Made by a program: the position numbers and the translations under genes | Shown: positions 27,180-31,912 of the stretch, piece after piece | Numbering within the stretch: the stretch's first letter is position 1 | How the letters are laid out: each line of letters begins with the position of its first letter | The notes under the pieces: model-generated | Database searches by the model: none | The model's input: only the letters and a program-made list of their open reading frames with translations | Told to the model about the DNA's origin: nothing | Source of the DNA: Kangiellaceae bacterium | GTDB taxonomy: Bacteria > Pseudomonadota > Gammaproteobacteria > Enterobacterales > Kangiellaceae | DNA: 31,912 bases | Assembly: GCA_030148365.1 (NCBI GenBank) | Contig: JASBTO010000007.1 | Location: forward strand, 1-31,912 | Reading direction: 5' to 3'

Positions 27180-27710
27180 ATGCTCGCAAGTATCAAGGAT
27201 TTGATCCCGGACCATGCCCGGGATATCAAACTCAATCTTTCCGGCCTGGGCCGCCAGTCGGCCCTCACTGAACAGCAATTGTTCGGGACCCTGCTGGCCT
27301 GCGCCATTGCCACCCGCAACCCTGATCTGATTGCCGCGGCGGAAGCCGAAGTCGCTGAAAAATTGTCCCCCGAGGCGATAAATGCCGCCCGTGCCGCCGC
27401 CAGCATTATGGCCATGAACAATATCTACTACCGCTTTGTGCACCTCGCCTCCAACAAGGAGTACGGCAAGATACCGGCCCGCCTGCGCATGAACGTCATC
27501 GGCAATCCGGGGATCGAGAAGACGGATTTCGAACTCTATTCTCTCGCCGTGTCGGCAATCAACGGCTGTGGTCTGTGCATCGACTCCCACGAGAAAGTAC
27601 TGGTTGACCATGGCATTTCTGCGGTCGTCATTCAGGATGCGGTGCGGATTGCGGCGGTGATCAATGCGGTCGCCGTGGCTCTCGAGTCGAGGGTCCCGGC
27701 AGCAGCCTGA
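27180..27710 (+). CDS. ahpD: Alkyl hydroperoxide reductase D
   Basis: PDHARDIKLNL, MAMNNIYYR, FELYSLAVSAINGCGLCIDSH (CXXC). Confidence 0.93.
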   Translation: MLASIKDLIPDHARDIKLNLSGLGRQSALTEQQLFGTLLACAIATRNPDLIAAAEAEVAEKLSPEAINAARAAASIMAMNNIYYRFVHLASNKEYGKIPARLRMNVIGNPGIEKTDFELYSLAVSAINGCGLCIDSHEKVLVDHGISAVVIQDAVRIAAVINAVAVALESRVPAAA

Positions 27711-27767
27711 TCCCGTCTGCCTTGACGCTTCCGGAGCGTGGCGACACGGTCGCCGTTGTTCATGGTG

Positions 27768-27798
27768 TGCAAACCATTTGCTTTTTGCTAGCGTCTAA
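27768..27798 (+). promoter_or_regulatory. ECF-type promoter, probably autoregulatory
   Basis: TGCAAACC (-35, AAC core), 16 bp, CGTCTAA (-10), directly upstream of the ECF sigma gene. Confidence 0.7.
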
Positions 27799-27813
27799 AC
27801 ATTAAACCACTGA

Positions 27814-28386
27814 TTGCGAGAGCTGCGATTGTTGCCGGCAACCGATACGACCATTGCTGATCCGGAAACACGGGAAACTGAAGACCACTGGGTAGCCAGG
27901 GTCCGTCAGGGTGACACGGTGGCGTTCGAGAAGCTCTACCGACGCCATGGTGGTCGGGTTTTTGCACTTTGCCTGCGAATGTCCTCAAACCGTGCCGTGG
28001 CAGAGGAGCTGACCCAGGAAACTTTTATCCGGGCCTGGCAGCAAATCGGAAAATTTCGCGGCGACAGTCGTTTTGGAACCTGGCTTTACCGGATAGCGGC
28101 CAATCTCACGTTGAGTCAACTCCGCTCCAGAAAGCCGGAATCGGGATGCGACTGGATCGACGAGCTGGCGGGTGAGACCGCACTGGTCGGTCACAGCGAC
28201 CATCAGCGGGATCTGGAGCGGGGCATGACGAGGCTGCCGGATGGCGCACGAAGCGTCCTGGTGCTACACGATATTGCAGGGTTTGCCCACAAAGAGATTG
28301 GCGACATGCTGGGCGTTGCCACCGGCACCTGCAAGGCGCAATTGCATCGGGCGCGCAAACTGATGCGGGAGTACCTGGAATCATGA
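27814..28386 (+). CDS. ECF RNA polymerase sigma factor
   Basis: Region 2 (ELTQETFIRAW…FGTWLYRIAAN) and region 4 (LPDGARSVLVLHDIAG…HKEIGDMLG…GTCKAQLHRAR). Start is uncertain (TTG, no clear SD). Confidence 0.92.
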   Translation: MRELRLLPATDTTIADPETRETEDHWVARVRQGDTVAFEKLYRRHGGRVFALCLRMSSNRAVAEELTQETFIRAWQQIGKFRGDSRFGTWLYRIAANLTLSQLRSRKPESGCDWIDELAGETALVGHSDHQRDLERGMTRLPDGARSVLVLHDIAGFAHKEIGDMLGVATGTCKAQLHRARKLMREYLES

Positions 28387-28931
28387 GTGACATTATTCCC
28401 ATGGCGGAAACCAATGCCGCCAAAGAGCGGGCCCTGGCACGGGAGCTGGCCGAATTGCCGGCAGACGTATCCCCCGGCAAGGACCTGTGGCCACTGATTC
28501 GTAGCAAAATCAGTCAGCAACAGGGGCCGGAAACAACTGCTTACGCTTCCCGCTGGTTACCCCGGGCGCTGGCTGCTAGTTTGGTAGTAGCCGTAGTGGC
28601 GGGATTGCTGATGGCCCGGGCACCAACGCCGGCACCGGGTATGGCCGACTCGACCTGGCAAGCGCTGGAGCAGGACTTTCTCGAAGCGCGCCAAACCTGG
28701 TTGCAAGTCCTCGAGGCAAGGCGCGACAACCTTGACCCCGGTTTCCTGGCGACAGTGGACGGCCACCGCCTGTTACTCGGGCAAGCTGAAGCTGATTTGA
28801 AAGCGGCGCTGATGCGTGACCCCGGCAATATGGAATATGCCCGGTTACTGGTGATGACTTACCGTCAGGAGCTGGAGATTCTCAGCCAGCTCGACAAGGT
28901 TCCTGACATGATTCCTCAAGGTGAAGCCTGA
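28383..28931 (+). CDS. Putative single-pass anti-sigma factor
   Basis: ATGA overlap with the sigma gene; short N-terminal domain (PGKDLWPLIRSKI), one TM (ALAASLVVAVVAGLLMA), helical C-terminal domain; no HxxxCxxC zinc motif. Confidence 0.7.
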   Translation: MSDIIPMAETNAAKERALARELAELPADVSPGKDLWPLIRSKISQQQGPETTAYASRWLPRALAASLVVAVVAGLLMARAPTPAPGMADSTWQALEQDFLEARQTWLQVLEARRDNLDPGFLATVDGHRLLLGQAEADLKAALMRDPGNMEYARLLVMTYRQELEILSQLDKVPDMIPQGEA

Positions 28932-29806
28932 TGAAAAAACTTTTTGTATCCCTGATGCTTGTGTTGTTCACGCTGCCGGCCATGGCTGGCCAGCGGATTG
29001 ACAAAAGTCTGGACGCGCCGGCAAACGCCCTGGTGGACATCCATAATGTCCGGGGTGATATCGAGATCCGCGGTTGGGATCAGGAGCGGGTTCAAATCCA
29101 GGGCATTCTTGATGAAGAAACCCGGGAGTTCATTTTCGAAACCCGCGGCGACACCATCGTCATCAAGGTGAAACTCAGGGACCGCAAGCATCTGCAGGGG
29201 CACGACGGCTCGCGGCTGGAGATTAACGTACCCCGGCAGGGCCGTGTCCGGTTTGACGGCGTCTCCACGGATCTGGATATCGAAGGCGTCCATGGCGGCC
29301 TGGACCTCAAAACCATCAGCGGCGACATAGATTTGCGCAAGGCGTCGGGCAAGATCATGCTGCAGAGCGTCAGTGGCGACCTGAGTCTGGACGATACGGA
29401 AGGCAGTTTTTACGTCAACAGTGTCAGTGGCGATCTGTCCGGCAATACCCGCAGCGATGACATTCATATTGAGACCGTCTCCGCGGACATCGACCTGTCG
29501 GCCAGCGAAGTCCGGGTGGCCGAGATTGCCAGCGTCTCCGGAGAAGTGGAAATTGGTTGTGCGCTCAAGCCGGGCGCCGATGTCCGGGTGACTTCCGTCA
29601 GTGGCGAAGTCATGCTGAGCCTGGCGGGCAACCCGGACGCACGGTTTGAGCTGGAGACCGGCCCCGGTGGCGACATCAGCAACCGGATTACCCGGGATCA
29701 GCCGAAAACCAACTTCATGCACGCCAGTGAGCTGGCTTTTTCGGTCGGTAAAGGGCAGAGCAAAGTGCTAATATCGACAGTATCCGGCTCCATCCGGATT
29801 GATTAG
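28931..29806 (+). CDS. Secreted DUF4097 (Toastrack-type beta-strand repeat) protein
   Basis: TGATG coupling, signal peptide ending AMA, repeats TISGDI/SVSGDL/SVSGDL/TVSADI/SVSGEV/SVSGEV/TVSGSI. Confidence 0.85.
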   Translation: MKKLFVSLMLVLFTLPAMAGQRIDKSLDAPANALVDIHNVRGDIEIRGWDQERVQIQGILDEETREFIFETRGDTIVIKVKLRDRKHLQGHDGSRLEINVPRQGRVRFDGVSTDLDIEGVHGGLDLKTISGDIDLRKASGKIMLQSVSGDLSLDDTEGSFYVNSVSGDLSGNTRSDDIHIETVSADIDLSASEVRVAEIASVSGEVEIGCALKPGADVRVTSVSGEVMLSLAGNPDARFELETGPGGDISNRITRDQPKTNFMHASELAFSVGKGQSKVLISTVSGSIRID

Positions 29807-29931
29807 GCTGAAATTTTTTGTAACGTCATGGTCGGGGTAATTTTACATTTGATTGAAACTCCCCGGGCACGACTCTATCCAATGTACCAAGGTGGTTGGC
29901 CCATCCAACAATTCAGAGCCCGGAAAGGACG

Positions 29932-31912
29932 ATGACAGGCATAGCAACTGAGCTCAGGCGAAGTCGACTGGTCAAGGTCGCCACCTTCTATGGCGCCATT
30001 TCCTGGCTGGTCATCCAGATCGCCGACGTTTTCTTTCCCATTCTGAGACTGCCGGGCTGGGCCATGACCGCGCTGGTTCTGGTCGCGGTACTGGGCTTCC
30101 CGCTGGCGCTGATCACCGCCTGGCTGCTTGATTTGTCACCTTTCGGTCTGTTTGGCCAACGTAACGTCCGGGGCGACGGCAAAGTCACCGTGGAGCCGGT
30201 CAGCACGACCACCCGCTTCATTGAACTGGGTCTGATATCACTGGTGTCAGTAGTTGTCGGCTATCTTTATTTCAGCGGCACTGGCGAATCGGCCATTCGC
30301 ACCGATCTGGCCGGCACCCCGAGCCTGTCATCGAGCCAGCCGGCTGACGGGAAAAAATCCATTGCCGTCCTGCCATTCGCGAATTTCAGTGATGATCCGG
30401 AAAACGAGTTTTTCGCCCTCGGCCTGTCTGAAGAATTGCTCAATGTCCTGGCTCGCGTCGAAGAACTCAAGGTCGCGGCCCGGACTTCGTCTTTTGAGTT
30501 CAAGGATGCCAACGTCAATGTGCGGACCATCGCCAACCGTCTGGGCGTGGATTACGTGCTTGAGGGCAGTGTCCGGCGCAGCGGCGATCAGATGCGGGTC
30601 ACGGCCCAGCTGATCAAGGCCGACGAGGATGGTCATGTATTTTCCCGGACCTGGGACCGGCCTTTTGCCGATCTGTTCAAGGTCCAGGATGAGATTGCCG
30701 AGGCGGTTCTCGAAGAGTTGCGGGTCACCCTGCTCGGCGAACAGCGGCAGGTGATCAGTGATCGGGATACCGAGGACCTGCTGGCCTTTGAAGCGTTCAC
30801 CAAAGGCCAGATTGAATTGCGCAAGCGCACGCCTGAGGCCATCGCTGACGCCCAGGCCCACTTCCGCCATGCTTTGGAACTGGATCCGGGTTTTGCCCGG
30901 GCCTATGTGGAACTCGCCAATGCCTACAGCCTGTCGATCACCTATTCCGGTATCGAGGCAACCGAGGTTAAACCGAAAGCGCTGACTGCCATTAATCGGG
31001 CCATGGAGCTGAAGCCGGATCTGGCTGAAGCCTATGCCGCCAAGGGACTGTTGCTGATGATCATCGGATACCAGCAGGATGGTCCGGAGCAGCAAACCAC
31101 CCTCGGTGAAGCGGGCGAAATGTTCGAGCGCTCGATTGCCCTGAATCCCAACTACGCCGAAGCCTACAACTGGTACGGCAATATCCTCGAGGAAACCGGC
31201 GACACGGTCAAAGGCATGGCCTACCACAAAAAAGCCTTCGAACTGGATCCGGTGTCTTCGATCGCCAGCTTCAACCGGGCCGAAGATCTGATTGAAATGG
31301 GCCGGTATGACGAGGCGCTGTCCATTCACAAGGTGATGGTGACCCACAATCCGGACTATGGCGGTACCTACTACGTGCCCGCGGCGGTGTATCACAATGT
31401 CGGCAATCTCAACCAGGCCTACTCCTGGTATCAACGGGCCATGGAAAATGAAAATGATTTTGCCCGTTATGCCATGTTCAAGCTGTTGCTGGATCTGGAA
31501 GCATTTGACGAGGCGGAAAAGGCCATGGTCCAGGTCGTCGACAGCAAGGCGCACCCGAAAAAGGCGGCCTATCTGCAGATGGACTACCTCATTGCCCAGG
31601 GAAAGATCGAGGAACTCGCCAACTATATCCGCAATGAACTGCCGGACAATTTCGATGCCAACGAAAGATTGCTGTTCCAGGGCCTTGCCGCGGCCAATAC
31701 CCGTCAGTGGCCAGTCGCTGTCAGGGATTTGCAAGCGGCTATTGCGGCGATGGAGGGAAGCGGCAAGCACACCGGCAACTTCTGGCACATGCTGCAGTAT
31801 CTGATGCTGGCGCAGTCCTATCAGGAAACCGGCGATGAACTGCAGGCGGAAACGACCCTGAATCTGGTTGAAAACATGCTGGCGGAAAAAAAGGAAGCCG
31901 GTTTTGCCAATG
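29932..31912 (+). CDS. Membrane-anchored TolB-N-like plus TPR repeat protein (partial, runs off the right edge)
   Basis: Frame is open from ATG 29932 (after GAAAGGA) to the window end: three N-terminal hydrophobic segments, KSIAVLPFANFSDDPENEFFALGLSEELL…VLEGSVRRSGDQMRVTAQLI, then TPRs (ALELDPGFARAY, IALNPNYAEAYNWYG). Missing from the ORF track because it has no stop in the window. Confidence 0.88.
   Translation, partial: MTGIATELRRSRLVKVATFYGAISWLVIQIADVFFPILRLPGWAMTALVLVAVLGFPLALITAWLLDLSPFGLFGQRNVRGDGKVTVEPVSTTTRFIELGLISLVSVVVGYLYFSGTGESAIRTDLAGTPSLSSSQPADGKKSIAVLPFANFSDDPENEFFALGLSEELLNVLARVEELKVAARTSSFEFKDANVNVRTIANRLGVDYVLEGSVRRSGDQMRVTAQLIKADEDGHVFSRTWDRPFADLFKVQDEIAEAVLEELRVTLLGEQRQVISDRDTEDLLAFEAFTKGQIELRKRTPEAIADAQAHFRHALELDPGFARAYVELANAYSLSITYSGIEATEVKPKALTAINRAMELKPDLAEAYAAKGLLLMIIGYQQDGPEQQTTLGEAGEMFERSIALNPNYAEAYNWYGNILEETGDTVKGMAYHKKAFELDPVSSIASFNRAEDLIEMGRYDEALSIHKVMVTHNPDYGGTYYVPAAVYHNVGNLNQAYSWYQRAMENENDFARYAMFKLLLDLEAFDEAEKAMVQVVDSKAHPKKAAYLQMDYLIAQGKIEELANYIRNELPDNFDANERLLFQGLAAANTRQWPVAVRDLQAAIAAMEGSGKHTGNFWHMLQYLMLAQSYQETGDELQAETTLNLVENMLAEKKEAGFAN

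Noticed and set aside
29300-29790. Recurring GTCAGTGGCGA-like DNA repeats as a possible repeat array or CRISPR
   Set aside because: They encode the SVSG[DE] beta-strand repeats of the DUF4097 protein; there is no constant repeat-spacer structure.
30328-31788. 486-aa minus-strand ORF
   Set aside because: Antisense shadow of the TolB-N/TPR gene, which has clear motifs; the shadow has none.

Overview
A 31.9-kb chromosomal window from a fairly GC-rich gammaproteobacterium. The gene order (tRNA-Leu(CAG), divergent rnr-rlmB-rpsF-rpsR-rplI-dnaB-alr) resembles the Pseudomonadales/Oceanospirillales/Cellvibrionales arrangement; the taxonomy is inferred, not verified. The first ~11 kb is housekeeping: rnr, rlmB, ribosomal S6/S18/L9 with an S6:S18-type leader RNA, dnaB, alr, YjbQ-like, PepSY-TM, htpX, dusA. 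The rest is a run of envelope, redox and stress genes: an orphan membrane-anchored protein, a stand-alone pspA with a sigma54 promoter and PspF-like upstream sites, an SRPBCC-GyrI fusion, an M16 lipoprotein protease, a PfpI/DJ-1 protein, a CDP-alcohol phosphatidyltransferase plus HAD-IB pair divergent from outer-membrane phospholipase A, a frameshifted DUF3298/RsiV-like lipoprotein, azurin, an M20 peptidase, a secreted MBL-fold hydrolase, DUF465-PCu(A)C-DUF2333, mycobacterial-type ahpC-ahpD with an OxyR-like box, an ECF sigma/anti-sigma/DUF4097 module with an ECF-type promoter, and a membrane-anchored TolB-N-like/TPR protein that runs off the right edge (not in the ORF track). I saw no integrase, transposase, phage gene or CRISPR array. 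The best leads are the UUU-CCC-CGA frameshift in the DUF3298 gene, the uncoupled pspA, the ECF-anti-sigma-DUF4097 module, the PCu(A)C-DUF2333 unit and the divergent lipid locus. Family assignments come from motif recognition by eye; no database search was run.
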